From positions 105,400,001-105,464,000 of the forward strand of contig OZ024743.1 of NCBI GenBank assembly GCA_964016885.1: DNA of 64,000 nt. Reading direction: 5' to 3'. Numbering within the stretch: the stretch's first letter is position 1; every line of letters begins with the position of its first letter. Source of the DNA: Eledone cirrhosa. Its lineage: Eukaryota. This document shows positions 43,391 through 57,979 of the stretch, piece after piece. The notes beneath the pieces were generated by a model, which was given only the letters and a program-made list of their open reading frames with translations, made no database searches and was not told the DNA's origin. The position numbers were made by a program, and so were the translations under genes.

Positions 43391-45059
43391 TCGTTCCTAT
43401 ATATAATTAGAATTTAGCTTCAGGCATAGTTGTATATAGGTACATATTGGAATTTTGTATTTCAGAAGAAATACGGTATGTTTAAAATAAACATTGAGAG
43501 AGCTGTAGTTATGCCAAAAGACCACCGACTAACGCTAGCTCGCGGGTTCCAGCAGAAGCAAGAGGGACAATGAAGGATACGCATTTCGAACTGAACTGGT
43601 TCTCATCAGCACGATCCCTCCCACTCTTGCAACTGCTGGGCTTATGCACACATTTATGCACGCATAGGTAATAGGTACGCACTCACACACTCACAGACAC
43701 ACACACACACACTTATACATATATATATATATATAGCCATTTTCGAATTAGATGTCGTTTTGATGTGGATATCCCATGAAAACAATGTGCTATGTATTTT
43801 AATGAAAATATGGTAATCTCGTACACAAGAGTTTTTCTCAATTATCTTATTTCTTATATTTTTTATATACCTAAATGTTTTATTACCTTCGATGTCACCT
43901 GTTTACTGTTCACTATAACAAATATCTGATACATTGTTTCTGAAGATATGGATCAGAATAGATGCATTGTGGATCGTGATTTCTAGATAGGGAGTGGCTT
44001 TAATACAACTAAATTTTACTTTAGCAGGAATCGATGCAATGAAATGTTCTTCAATTTCACAATATTAAAACTGCTTCAAGAGTTGAATTATATCAGCTTT
44101 AGTTTAAACAGTTTAGATTCTTAGCTATATTCATATGGTGGCACTGGAGGTAGAATATGCACAGGGTATTTAGTTACATGGAGTATTCGTGTAGTTGTTC
44201 ATTAGCATAAACTTAACTATTTGTGGCACCTATATATAAAGTTGGAGTTTAAAAATGTAGTTAAATGTAGTTAAATTAATCACACAAAAACTACTAAATG
44301 ATATGAGATTATCTTTACATACTTAAAATGGCATAAAACGGAAAATATCTAAATATGAATAGCATATGCAATTCATAAAATAATAAGAAAAGGAAATTTA
44401 AAAAACTGTTATTATCTGAAGAATCTTCAGCCTCGTTTAAACATACATTGTAGTGCCTTCTATTTTAGATGTGACTTGGTAGTTTAGGATATGCAATTAC
44501 ACTTTCATTAGTGGAGAAAAGGAAGATTGTTGTTTTTATTCAGGATTATATTTCAGTCTTGAGACTGATTAGTTGTCTGATTATCAAATATAATCCGCTT
44601 ACTGACTATTATTCTGCTGTGATTCTTTATAAGCCTAAGTAATTTGAAATATCAAAGCTCTTCATGCTAATATAAAAGTTGATCTCTTATACATTTTCTT
44701 CATAATAACGAAGAGGAGGAAAGTCTGTGAAGTATTGTCTATAGGAAAACCATTTAACACTTATTCACCAAACAAACACAAACACACACACATACAAATA
44801 TACATACAGAGACACAATTGCACACACACACGTACTCTTATATATATATGCACACCCTCACACAACGCTGAATATTTGTAGTATCGTCTGTCTTATAAAA
44901 TGTGATAATGAGGGTAAAGTAAGTTTGACCTCAGTTTTATTTTGAAGGAAGTACAACACTATGATAGCCGTGGTAAATTTTGCTAGAATCTACGACATAC
45001 ACACACAGACCTACATACATACAAACTATCACATAATAGCCTGCTATATGACTAACACA

Positions 45060-45250
45060 GCTCAGATCAGGCTTTTACCTGCTACTAGAACTATGTAACC
45101 CAATATAACCTGCTTCATGGTCGAATGATCAGCGACTAAAACGGCTCCCCCACTAGACTTTGGTCTAGGAGGAGGGTTAGTGAACCCTAGCAGAAAATAA
45201 AGAGTTGTTAAAGGGCGGATGAATTACTCAACATTCCGTCCACCCCAACT
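45060..45250 (+). mobile_element. Diverged relative of the RTE-derived 5' leader
   Basis: aacctg..catggtcg..cgactaaa..cccc..gaggaggg..aaagggc, as at 6180-6297. Confidence 0.55.
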
Positions 45251-45549
45251 ATGCATTAAATATCCTCACCAGCATGCAATTGGCCAAGCGTGGTGAGTAC
45301 CAAAGGCAAATGGAAAGCGGTGGAGGTCAAACAGCGTGGGGCTCCTCAAACACGAGTGAATTGGATATGCAGATTAGTGTTTACATAAAAATGACGGTTA
45401 TATTACTCTAATGTGTATAGATGTAGTTATGTTGAGCAGGACAATATAGAACAGGATAGTATCTGAATATTACATAACAGATGCCATCGAAATAGGTATA
45501 ACACTATTTACATATAATGGGGTGAAATTCAAACGTACTGCTTTCTAAA

Positions 45550-45762
45550 CCACTTTCGTCAAATCAGACCGAAGAAACAATGTTTCCATTGGTCTTTCTA
45601 ATTGCTAATACTCTCTATCGGCTGCAACTCCAGGTAGAAGGAGCAACGTAGAATAAAGTGTATTGCTCAAGGACATAACGCATCGTCCGGTCCAGGAATC
45701 AAAACCACACTCTCACGATTGAGAATCGAATTCTCTAACCAACCAGCCACGCGCCTTCACAC
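45550..45762 (-). mobile_element. tRNA-derived CORE-like SINE
   Basis: Reverse-complement homolog of 43179-43390. Confidence 0.85.
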
Positions 45763-45765
45763 ACC

Positions 45766-45891
<126 letters not shown>

Positions 45892-45937
45892 TATACTTAC
45901 GAACGTATGTATGTATCTATGTGTCTATGTATGTTTG

Positions 45938-46035
<98 letters not shown>

Positions 46036-46651
46036 GTCAGGTCACCAGTTGGTGCTACTGGTAACATGTATCCCAGTACAACCTGTCTCATGGTCGGGTC
46101 GTTGAGGATTAAACTGGCAACCCCACCAAGGTTTCTTGGTGAGGAGGGTGACTTTGGACATCCTGCAGGACTAAAACCAAAACCTGTCAAAGGGCAAAGG
46201 AGCTCTTAAGAGTCAATGGCCATCCAAAATCACCGGGAGAGATGACCCTTTAGCCTTTGTTAAGGCAGAATTCTGGGAGAAGGAAAACTCTGATATAACA
46301 CCTGCAACACTGATGGTATCCAATGATGTTGACTTGTTCTTCTTTTTGGTAAATATCATCTTGGTTAAGAGAGTGGGACTGGCTTTGTGCAGTGCTTTTG
46401 CTCACTATAAAAGTTTCACGGCACAGGCATTGCTTTATATCTGGAGATCTCTGATCGATCTGCACTTGTCGTCACGTGGTACCATGAGCCCAGCACTATG
46501 TGTCAATAATTGTCACAGGTGTAGTGTTTGTACCACAGTTTTCAAATCGCTGGCTGGACTAAAAAGTCACACTCGTTCAGCGCATCGGTAGGGGTTCTCC
46601 TACATGGATATAAAGAAGTGGCCGTACTCGAAAACGAATTGGAAGCCACCA
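46036..46651 (+). mobile_element. Non-autonomous RTE-LINE derivative, copy 2
   Basis: Same ends as 6137-6747; ORF 46313-46591 ends CSVCTTVFKSLAGLKSHTRSAHR. Confidence 0.65.
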
Positions 46652-46677
46652 TATATATATATATATATATATATGTT

Positions 46678-46734
<57 letters not shown>

Positions 46735-46899
46735 GGTAAACAGAAGTAACAACATAATCGGTACAGTATATGGAAGGGATATATTAGGTTAACGCTTGAT
46801 ATAGCAGGAAGTGGGTCTTAACGTTTCGGACGCTAGTCCTATATATAAATAATAAACCTTTATTTGTTTGCTTCTCTGTTTTGTTCCCGTCCAAATTTG

Positions 46900-46986
<87 letters not shown>

Positions 46987-47013
46987 GTGGAAGAGAGAGT
47001 GAATGGGGGTGAG

Positions 47014-47116
<103 letters not shown>

Positions 47117-47628
47117 AATAGACTAAGGGAACGTGTTTAAATACGGAAAGGATGAAATTGAAAAAGATAGTGTCAAACTTATTACGCGCCATATTTTCCA
47201 CCCAATGCATGAGAATTAAATTTGTTTGAGTAAGTAGATTACTTAAAATTGTTTGTCAATTCTGGATGAGATGCTAACAATTGCTAAATACCGTTTCTGA
47301 TAGCTTTCTCTCAAAACAACAATTTCACATCTTTTACAATCACTCGCGCAAGTAATTAAACATATCTTCATCTACATAAATTACACAATTATAGTCCATT
47401 GGCAAACTAGAGCTCTTTACGTTAGCTCCCTATTTATAATTATATAAAGGGTCACTGTTGAGTGGAAGGATAATGCATACAGAAGCAATAATGGTATTTG
47501 ACGCGCAAGAAAATATAATGACCAAACACTGACATTTACTTTCAAGATTTTTTTCTATACACTACCTTTTTATATGGTAGTTGTGTACCTCCATGGTTAT
47601 TGACATACGGTTACAGACACACACACAA

Positions 47629-47665
<37 letters not shown>

Positions 47666-48486
47666 CAATATAAAAATGACTGTGCGTGCAACGTATAAAA
47701 ATATGAAATTGTATATATATATATATATATATATTTATGCATATAAGTGTGTCGATCATTAGTGTACGAAAAATATGTGTATTCATATATACATATTTAT
47801 GTAAGTGTATATGAGTATATATATATACACACACACACATATATATATATAAATATGTATACAAATATATGCAAAGAAGCATATATATATGTCTAAATAT
47901 CATGTATATATATATATATATATACATACACATAAATATATATATACGTATATATAAGCCTGTGTTTGTGTGTATATATATAGATATGTGTGTGTGTGTG
48001 TATGTGTGTGTGTGTGTGTGTTTGCGTGTGTGTATGTATATAATATATACACGTTCAGAACTACAAGTTTGAAGGGTATACTAGGCAGGGGTTCTAATTA
48101 GAATGGCTTCATTTGCGACATTGATAGTTATTTACTCCATATTACGTAGCGTAGTTTGCTGCCAGGTAAATTAAACCTCTTGTGTTGAAAGCCCATTCAC
48201 TGGAAACTAACCTATAAAATAACTAAGATGACAATTTAACTCGTTTATAGTTTTCCTATTCTTCCATATCGTTTCCTTTCCATTTATCTTGTCTTGTTTC
48301 CTTCGTTCTGACTAACATAACTTTGGCGGACATTTTGGAGCCAGAAAGTTTTCCGACTCTTATGTTGAATTCGCTAGCACCGGTCGACAATGAAGCATTT
48401 CAGCCTAAGGTCATAATGTTTCTTCACATCTCCCTCCGCCTCCTCCTCCAACTACTACTCTACTGCTGCTGCTGCTGCTGCTGCTG

Positions 48487-48556
<70 letters not shown>

Positions 48557-49086
48557 CGCTGCTGCTGCTGCAACCTTTTTATGTTACTCATTTTACTTTC
48601 AATCTTGCAGATCCCTGCTTTTCTGTGTCACGTTTTTACCGTTTTTCCCTTTTCCTCCATTCTTTGTTCATTTTTTCCTATTTCTCTATGCATTCAACCA
48701 TCCTATTATGTATGTATGCATTATGTATGTATGAATGTATGTATGTATGTATGTATGGTTGTATGTTTGCATATATGTATGTGTGTATGTATGTATGTAT
48801 GCATGTATGTATGTATTTATGTATATATCAATGCACGTGTGCATGTATGCATGTGTGTAAGTATGTATGCGTGTATGTATGTATGCATGTCTGCATGCAT
48901 CTCCTCGCTGTTTCACACTTTCACCCACTTTAATCACATATATATACACGTGCCGTAGACAGGCACACACACAGACACACACACGCACACATGTACACCT
49001 ACAACTATAAGCCCACATTCATATTGAGAGTAATATATATGTGTGTGTGTGTGTGAATGTGTGTGTACGTGTGTGTGTGCGTGTGT

Positions 49087-49161
<75 letters not shown>

Positions 49162-49701
49162 ACCTTTTCTCTGACGATATCAGTTAAGCCCTATATATTT
49201 TCGAAAATAAAGAGAAATTTGTAAAGAGTAAATTTTGTTTGTAACACCAACTTTTAAATGCGTTGGATGTTTCGATCTCACTAGATTTCATCAGCGAAAA
49301 ATATTCATCACAATTAGCTAGGCCGACAATTTATCAGTATATATAAAGCTATAATTATTACATAATAAAATTAGTTTGCTTGCTATCGTATACGTGTGTA
49401 TGTGCGTGTTGGTTAGAAATTATTATGTATGGAAGATTAAATATCAACATTTTTAATTTACCAAAATACTTTAGTATACAATCAATATGTCCATTACGAT
49501 AAAGTTACAGTTTCTTATAATTCTAATCAATTAAAATTTAGATGGGTTTCAGTAATGAGAAGATGCTGAGATCCTAAATAATTATTAATATGTAATTAAT
49601 TATTTGTGAGACATGAGAAAAATTATTCTCTCTCTCCGTCTCTTTCTCTCTCTACCTCTCTCTCTTTGTCTCTCTCACTCTCTCTCTATTTGCATATTTA
49701 T

Positions 49702-49744
<43 letters not shown>

Positions 49745-49844
49745 TATATTATATTTAGAGTTATAAACTCAAACAGTCCTTTACAATTAATTAGCTCAAA
49801 GGGAGAAGCATTTATGAGCCGTGAAATACAAGTTAATATAAATT

Positions 49845-50032
49845 AATTGTTTCTACTTTTGGCACAAGGCCATCAATTACCCAGTACATTACTGGTACTT
49901 TATTTTATCGAGCCCGTAAGGATGAAAGGCAAAGTTAACCTCGGCGGGATTTGAACTCAGACCGTAAAGGGAGGACGTAACTATGCTGGAAAGCATGGCG
50001 TCCGACTCTCTACCGATACTGCCAATCCACAC
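49845..50032 (-). mobile_element. tRNA-derived SINE (main family)
   Basis: Family match; TSD acaagttaatataaattaat. Confidence 0.9.
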
Positions 50033-50782
50033 CCACAAGTTAATATAAATTAATATATGATAAACACATAAGTGTTTGTATTGTAAACGACCAAGTTAGC
50101 TAGATTGATATATATATATATATATGAAACCGGCATATATATATATATATATATATATTAATGCTGGTTTCATTTCTGATATACATCACCAGAAGTGTAC
50201 TTGTCTATGCCCACAGCCAAACTATATGAAACAAACATATTGGATGCAACATACAGTTTATCTTTGTGTGATCAGAAAAAAACTGCCATCGATTTTATTC
50301 TTTGTATGCCTATGCAGTGAAAAAGCCGGTGATGTAATCACTGTTTAATTCCACCCGCTGCTGAAATGGTGTCTGAGCTAAACATAATTTATCTACTCAG
50401 TACAACGTACAATAGTTTGATTAAGGATATATGTAAGTATACTTCTACTTAAGAATGTTAAGTATACTGAGCAAAAATCTTAAGAAAGTTGTATCGCAGT
50501 AATGACGACCCATGTTTGACATCTCACAGTGTGGTATCTCACCTAAGACATTCTACTGAAGGCATTAAGCGTGGATACAAGGGAAAATATTAGAAAGGGC
50601 GTCAGGGTGTTTGCACATCTAATTTAAAAGACTAGTATAAATAAGGGTATATGAACATGTCGAGCATGTAGGTATGTGCGATAAGAATTAACAAAGCCGA
50701 TAGAGAGAGTTTCTCTTGTTCCTTGACAAGAAGACACACCACAGCGCATGCACACTCACACCTATATATAAGTATATAGTTG

Positions 50783-50861
<79 letters not shown>

Positions 50862-50930
50862 TACTGGTAGAACACTGGAAGGTAATATCCGTAGTCGTAG
50901 AGCACTCAGTCCATGGGACGAGTTAGGTAG

Positions 50931-51241
50931 AAGTGGTTACACAACAGTTAGTTCACCATACCGAGAACAATTGTTTCACCTTAGCGGATCCCCAGCTCGT
51001 AATGGACATGGTTATACGGAACAGGAAGGATAACCGTACGAATGCGCATGCGCAGAAACCGTCACTTCACACAGGCAATACTAAAAAAAAAGTATTGCCT
51101 GTGTGAAGTGACGGTTTCTGGGCATGCGCGTTCGTACGGTTGCCTTCCTGTTCCGTATAACCATGTCGATTAAGAGCTGAGGATCCGCTAAGGTGAAACA
51201 GTTGTTCTCGGTATGGTGAACTAACTGTTGTGTAACCACTT
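50931..51241. repeat. ~310-bp fold-back element with a hammerhead in each arm
   Basis: Arms meet at an A-run at ~51083-51090; flanked by TA-rich repeats. Confidence 0.88.
51174..51209 (+). ncRNA. Minimal type I hammerhead ribozyme
   Basis: GAG-CUGAGGA-U-CC-gcuaa-GG-U-GAAAC-AGUU-GUU/CUC. The opposite arm has CGAG/CUCG and an AAUU loop but a 1-nt core deletion. Confidence 0.65.
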
Positions 51242-51251
51242 GTATATATAT

Positions 51252-51319
<68 letters not shown>

Positions 51320-51351
51320 AGATCAAAAGATGGTTAAAGGAGTTCCATGTA

Positions 51352-51418
51352 TTTTATTATGCGCATTTCAAAATCAAACATCATCATGCAATAATATTTG
51401 TGTTTTCATCAGATAAAA
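51352..51418 (-). ncRNA. Type I hammerhead in the 3' pLTR of the Naiad PLE
   Basis: UUUUAU-CUGAUGA-AAAC..long stem II..UUUU-GAAAU-GCGC-AUA/AUAAAA; same strand as the ORF. Confidence 0.75.
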
Positions 51419-52233
51419 CAGGAGGACATGATATGAAGGCTAAAAAACACTTGTGGATAGTGCAGTTTTAAATCAACATATGAAAAGTAATTTTAGATTG
51501 ATGTGTGATATTGGGAAACATATTTTATTTAGAGAGGGGGGTGGAAAGGATGAAAAAAGGGGAGGAGATGAGAGTGAAGGTGGAGAGGGAGAGATGGGTG
51601 ATAGAGAGAAAGGGATAGTTTTTATAACTGAGAAAAGATATATTGTTTTACATAGAGAGGTTGAAAACCGTTGGAAGATAATGTATAAATTAAAAGAATT
51701 TGAAAATTAACGAAGGGAAAAATATGTACGAAGAAGGAGAGGGAGTTAATATGTATTGAGATTAAAAAGTTTGATGATAGAGAGAAAAAAATAATAATTG
51801 CGGATGAATATTCTAACGTCAAAAAAATTGTGTGTATGTTTACAAGTATTATGGAAATTTGAAAATTAACGAAGAGAAAAAATTATTAAGGTTTGTGTAT
51901 TGAAGGATTTGAGAAAAATAATGTGAAGTTAAGGTTTGTATATTGAAGGAATTGATAATATGTGCGAAGAAAGAGTTAATATGTATTAAGAATGAGTTAG
52001 ATGATGGGGAGAAAAAAATAATAAATTAAGGATGAATAATCTAGCGTCAAAAAACAAATGTATATGTTACGAAGGATTTTACAAGGTGAAGATAGAGTGA
52101 GGGTAATGAGTAAACAAGTATTATAGAGTGCATAATACCCTTTGAAGTAAGGTAGGAAGATGGGTATATTTTAAAAGAGGTGTATGTATATGTGCCTTTG
52201 AGAAAAGATTCTAAATTGATAAAGAATTGAATA

Positions 52234-54626
52234 TTAGCTGTATACTTTGTGAAAAGTCCTATGGAATTTATGCAAGCAGATAGAAAAAAAATCTGTACGT
52301 CTATTTATTATAGAATCTAGATTAGAGATAATGGTAAATTTTTCATTTAGGCAGAGATTACAGATTTTAGATAGAGAGCTGTTCAAGTATAAAGACACAG
52401 AAGAAACCTTCTTCCAAAAGATGGTATATTTAATGTTTTTGTCTTTCAAGGACCATATGAGTTCTGAGAGAGCCGTGTTGGTTCTTTTAAGTTTGTATTT
52501 AAAAGATGAATGATGATTATAGAGACGAGCTTTAAAAGAGGTGGAAGTGGAGCCAAAATAGGTGAAGGAATTGGTGCTAGTTATAACTTTACATTCATAA
52601 ATTAAGTTTTTATCAAGACAATGGTTGTTGAGAGGACATTTATTTTTAATGCGGCAGTTGCAATTAGAGAGATTATTAATGAGTGACCTAATGTTATCTA
52701 TAGAAGGAATTGGATTGGAGAAGTTGTTTGCGATAGGAATAATAGTTTCTTGATTTAGAGTTGGATTATGAACATTTAGCGAAGTTGTGTTTGACGTTGT
52801 ATTTGGGTTTACAGAAATTAGCCTAGGGTTTACAATGACGTCGGGAGTACTATTACTGTTATTATGAAATTCAGTGTTGGAAGGAAGAGATTTAGTATTT
52901 AGTATTTTATTGTTGTGTTTAGAGATAATGTTGGAAATATTGGAGGATGTAGAATAAGAAAATTTGATGGTGTGTTTGTTAAATATTTTACTATAGATAT
53001 GTGAGGGAGGGAAGCATTTATTTAAGGCACTAACGAATAATTTAGGAATATTGTTATTAATAGAGATGGAGAAAGGAGCATTATACCAGATTATGTTTTT
53101 GTATCTAGGTCTTTTATTAAAGTTATTGGAATGATCATGATTAATTATTCTACTGTAAGTTTTTCTAGAATTTGTTTCTTTACTATATTTGATTTTATCA
53201 GGATAGCCGGCTTTAGAAAGTGCGTTATTATAGTAATTGGCGTTAGCATCAAAGATGGTTTTATTAGAAGATATGTTAGATATTCTTTTTCCAATATTAC
53301 TAACTATAGCATTCTTGATATTGGTAGGATGGTTAGATTTAAAGTTAACATAATTTAGGTTCCCATTGTTTTTATGGTAAGGGTAATATAGGCCAGTGTC
53401 AAGATTAAGAGATACATCCAAGAAATTAGCTAGTTTGATACTGTTATCAAATTCAATTTTTAGGTTATGTTGGTTAAAGAGATTACGTATATTGTTCTTA
53501 ATAATATTAAGGTTAACTATATTGCAATTTAAGATAGTAAAGAGTCCATCGTCACGATAAATTCCACCGCGAAGTTGAGGAATTTTCCGACTCAAAGAGT
53601 TCAAAATAAAGATACCAATTAAATCAGTCGATTGGGATGAATCGGATGCTCCCATTGTGATGTCGAAGTTGTTAGAGGTATCGGCTCTGGTCCAATATTC
53701 GTTGTTGAACTCTAGGATGGTTTTACGTGCGGTGAGGATGATGTGAAGTTCATCTGTGGTGATGTCAGAATATTTAAGTGCGAAAGATAGAGCATTATTG
53801 AGAAGTGTAGGCGAAATGGAGGAATAGTAGCTGGCAATATCAAATTGAATAAATTTTAGTTTGTTTTTATTATCCAATTTGTTGAACCAGCCAATCACTT
53901 CAGAAGTACCAAACCATAAATTTAGGTTCAAAGAAGAGCAATTAGAACTAACCTGTGGGATAATTCTATCCAATATGGCTTTACTAACAACCCCAGATCA
54001 GATTTAGAGGGTGCGATTAATCTAACAGGTAGTTCAGTGCGAAAATTGTTTTTGTGATCCTTGAGATTTAACCTCGGAGATCTTGGGAGGAATGGTTCGG
54101 TCTTTTTTTCAATGCCAAGTTTTGACATAATCTCAGAGGCTTCAAGGTTTATGTATTCTAAATTTTCATGGTTGGTTTTACGATACTTTTTCCTAAGTTC
54201 CTTTAGGATAAGGTTGTTATAATTATCCTTGGAAATACCATATAAGTTATTGGTTTTGTCAGAGTGGACTAAAACATTTTTTGAGGAATTTAGGTTAGAA
54301 ATTGTGTTCTTGAGATTTACAAGGTGCTCTTGTCCTTTGTAAGGGTATCTCTTGAATTTAACATTTTTTATTATTTTAGTTAACTCTTCCTCGAATTGCA
54401 CTAGATTTTTGTTGGAAGGAGGATTTCTTCTAGAATTAAATAGATGATCGAGGAAGTTATGTTCTTTGGTATAGAAGTTACCTTTTAGGCGCTGGTCATA
54501 GAAATAGGCTATCCATCTAAGTCTTCTTACGAAGGAGTCAGTTTTTTCAATTAGAAGTTTGGTGAATTCAGATTTACCAGGTATAGGAATGTTTTTAGTT
54601 GAATTGGTTATGTTGTAATAATCCAT
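52234..54626 (-). pseudogene. PLE polyprotein (RT + GIY-YIG) with one frameshift near 53975-53985
   Basis: MDYY..STKNIPIP..LIEKTDSFVRRLRWIAYF, HSDKTNNLY, LKDHKNNF, QFDIASYYSSI, DITMGASDS, GIYRDDGL, CNCRIKNKCPLNNHC, LIYEC..YFGST..FKARLYNH, CNLCLNEK. Confidence 0.93.
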
Positions 54627-54867
54627 GTTGTAGAAGAAGAGGTAAAAGACCATCAGAAGGTATCCAATATGAGAGTAAGCGCTCAACCGTTAAGGAGCAA
54701 GTTAATGTAGGAGGTGAGTTTTTGAAATGCGCATAATAAAATACATGGAACTCCTCTAACCATCATTTGATCTTATATATTATGTATACTCCAGTCCTAC
54801 AAACTGTAGAGTGCTTCTTATCCGATATCTGCATTGCTTTATTGTACTACAATAAAACTCACCTCCT

Positions 54868-54995
<128 letters not shown>

Positions 54996-55004
54996 GTATA
55001 CATT

Positions 55005-55048
<44 letters not shown>

Positions 55049-55070
55049 CATATATATATATACATATATT

Positions 55071-55202
<132 letters not shown>

Positions 55203-55221
55203 TATATACAAATATATTATA

Positions 55222-55293
<72 letters not shown>

Positions 55294-55422
55294 TATATAG
55301 ATAGATATATATATATATGTGTAGGAGGTGAGTTTTATTGTAGCACAATAAAGCAATGCAATATGTTAATTTAAAATTTCACTATTCACAAGTGTTTGTA
55401 AGCTTCATATCATCTATCTCTA

Positions 55423-55490
55423 TTATATCTGATGAAAACGCAGATATCATCCCATGATGATATTTGTTTTTGAAATGCGCATAATAAAAT
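55423..55490 (+). ncRNA. Type I hammerhead in an inverted pLTR copy
   Basis: CUGAUGA 55429-35; stem II CAGAUAUCAUC/GAUGAUAUUUG; GAAAU-GCGC-AUA 55472-83. Confidence 0.78.
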
Positions 55491-55538
55491 ACTTGGAATT
55501 CTTTTAACCATCTTTTGATCTTATATTATATATATATA

Positions 55539-55579
<41 letters not shown>

Positions 55580-55650
55580 TAAAAGAGAAAACACAGGTAA
55601 GCATTAAGAGAAGGATTTAATCCAGGTATTTACGACCGTTTCATTGGTAA

Positions 55651-55705
<55 letters not shown>

Positions 55706-55932
55706 TAGATATATACATATATAAATATACATATATATACATATATGCATATAAATATATACATACATATATATATATACATATATATATATATAACAAA
55801 GGTTTGTAGCAGGAGGACAATAACGCACCAGAGTACTCGATACTTAGGGTAGTAGAGTGAGTAATAGGAAACGAGCTAGATCTGGCTGTCGGAACGGCCG
55901 GAGCTGAGCCGGCGTGGTCCTGACTATTTTCC

Positions 55933-55977
<45 letters not shown>

Positions 55978-55979
<2 letters not shown>

Positions 55980-56782
55980 AATAGAATGAAACGAAATGTC
56001 ATTTCTCACTCTTAGTACGGCACTTACTTAAATGTAAGTATGTATGTATGTATACGTACATACATATATGTATACAGCCGTACAGTAGTATGTATATATA
56101 TATATACATATATGCACACAAAAAGGTGACGTGGTTGCCTAAACACTGTACGGCGTAATTCGGGATGTTTGTTTGTTTACAAAGAAACAAACTGAGCATT
56201 ATATTAAATGTTCGGTAAACCGATACGTGCATATATATATATATATATATGTGTGCATGTATGTATATATATACATACTACAGTAGTCTGTATACTTATA
56301 TGTATGTACGTATACATGCATACATACTTACATTTAAGTAAGTGCCGTACTAAGAGTGAGAAATGAAATTTCGTTTCATTCTATTCCATTTATCGTTTTC
56401 GGTGTGCCCACCTGACTGAACTCACTCGATATGCAAATTAGGCTGCTCAGCCGTTAATATGCATAAGGAAAGTATATACTTTCAGACGTTCAACCATCTG
56501 GCAGGAAAGTATACGATGCTGACGATAGCTAATAAGCTTGAAACTAGTACATCGTTCCTTTGTCAGTGTTGAATAAAAAGGTGACGTGATTGCCTAAACA
56601 CTGTACGGCGTAATTCGGGCTGTTTGTTTGTAAACAAACAAACAAACCGAGCATTATAATAAATGTTCGGTAAATCGATACGTGCATATATATATATGTG
56701 TGCATGTATGTATATATATACATACTACTGTACGTCTGTATACATATATGTATGTACGTATACATACATACATACTTACATT

Positions 56783-56785
<3 letters not shown>
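55978..56785 (+). mobile_element. ~455-bp partial tandem element with hammerhead and inverted 5' arm (candidate retrozyme)
   Basis: aaaaggtgacgtg at 56121 and 56576 (period 455). 55978-56120 is the reverse complement of ~56249-56388. No ORF. Confidence 0.8.
56513..56555 (+). ncRNA. Minimal type I hammerhead ribozyme
   Basis: ACGAUG-CUGACGA-U-AGCU-aaua-AGCU-U-GAAAC-UA-GUA/CAUCGU. Confidence 0.85.
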
Positions 56786-56820
<35 letters not shown>

Positions 56821-57086
56821 CAAACAAATTATAAACGTAAACATGTAAGTATGTTTTTGAAACGGTGCGCGAGTTTGAAATTAGAAATTAGAAATTATAA
56901 GCTTTCGCCGTATTTTAGACTAAAGACATTTCTACCATTACACCAATACACATCCCATCTCCTTCCATTCGAATTAGAAACTATGAACTTGTTTACGTTT
57001 ATGAACATGTTTACGTTTATAATTTGTTTGTTTATCATTCACTTGCTAAGTTCATAGCTTCTAATTCGAATGGAAGGAGAATGGGA

Positions 57087-57158
57087 TGTGTATTGGTGTA
57101 ATGGTAGCACAGTGGTCTGGATAACCAAAGATGTGGGTTCAACTCCCATGTACGGCAA
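57087..57158 (+). other. tRNA-like sequence (SINE head or tRNA pseudogene) within nested inversions
   Basis: A box tggtgtaatggt, B box ggttcaactcc; imperfect acceptor and anticodon stems. Confidence 0.6.
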
Positions 57159-57241
57159 CACTCATCTTTTTCCATTTCTCCGAGGGTTATAAACCCCACT
57201 ATCAGGCTAGAAATTTCTTTAGTCTAAAATACGGTGAAAGC

Positions 57242-57280
<39 letters not shown>

Positions 57281-57812
57281 TTATGCATGTGCGTATGTTT
57301 GTGTTTGGACATGCATGATAGTGGGTGATGTGCGTCGCTCTATGTAAGTATCTATTTATGCATATACATATTTTGTGGTAATGCCATCGTGTGAGATATG
57401 GGTTCACGAGAAAGGTGATATGGGAAGGGAAGGAATGGTATATTAGGACAGTCTGGAAAACCAAACTTGAAGAATCATGGTAGGAATTATAACATATAAA
57501 TCAATTTACGGCATTACATATATCGTAGTTGACTTTTAAATATGTTTCACACGGTGACAAGACGCTTCAATATTCAGTGACAGAGAGGTTGACGCATTTT
57601 GAATAATGCGTGGCTTCCTAGCAAAAAAAAAAAAATGCTTTGTAGTATGTCAGTTTGATGACATATTACTCGTAATATCAGGTCTTACACATGCTGACAT
57701 GTTTCAACAGTTCTATCGAATATATACGTACATGCATACATACATACATACATGCATACATACACATATATATGTATATATTACATACACACACACACAC
57801 ACACACACACAT

Positions 57813-57874
<62 letters not shown>

Positions 57875-57938
57875 GTATATATATATACACATATATATAT
57901 ATACATACATATATATATATATACATACACACACACAG

Positions 57939-57979
<41 letters not shown>

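Larger units (their letters stand above)
51312..54720 (-). mobile_element. Near-intact Naiad-type Penelope-like element
   Basis: ORF plus 3' UTR/pLTR ending in (TA)n; pLTR segments recur inverted at 54720-54870 and 55405-55530. Confidence 0.92.

Noticed and set aside
49235-49300. Minus-strand CTGATGA..GAAAC motif
   Set aside because: Core and stem II are plausible but no stem I pairing was found.
52234-52700. Selenocysteine-recoded Naiad (known in some Naiads)
   Set aside because: Conserved Cys positions are ordinary Cys codons; no in-frame UGA in this ORF or in 1085-1768.
56431-56438. Octamer ATGCAAAT ~75 bp upstream of the HHR
   Set aside because: A single 8-mer in AT-rich DNA; no supporting promoter elements identified.
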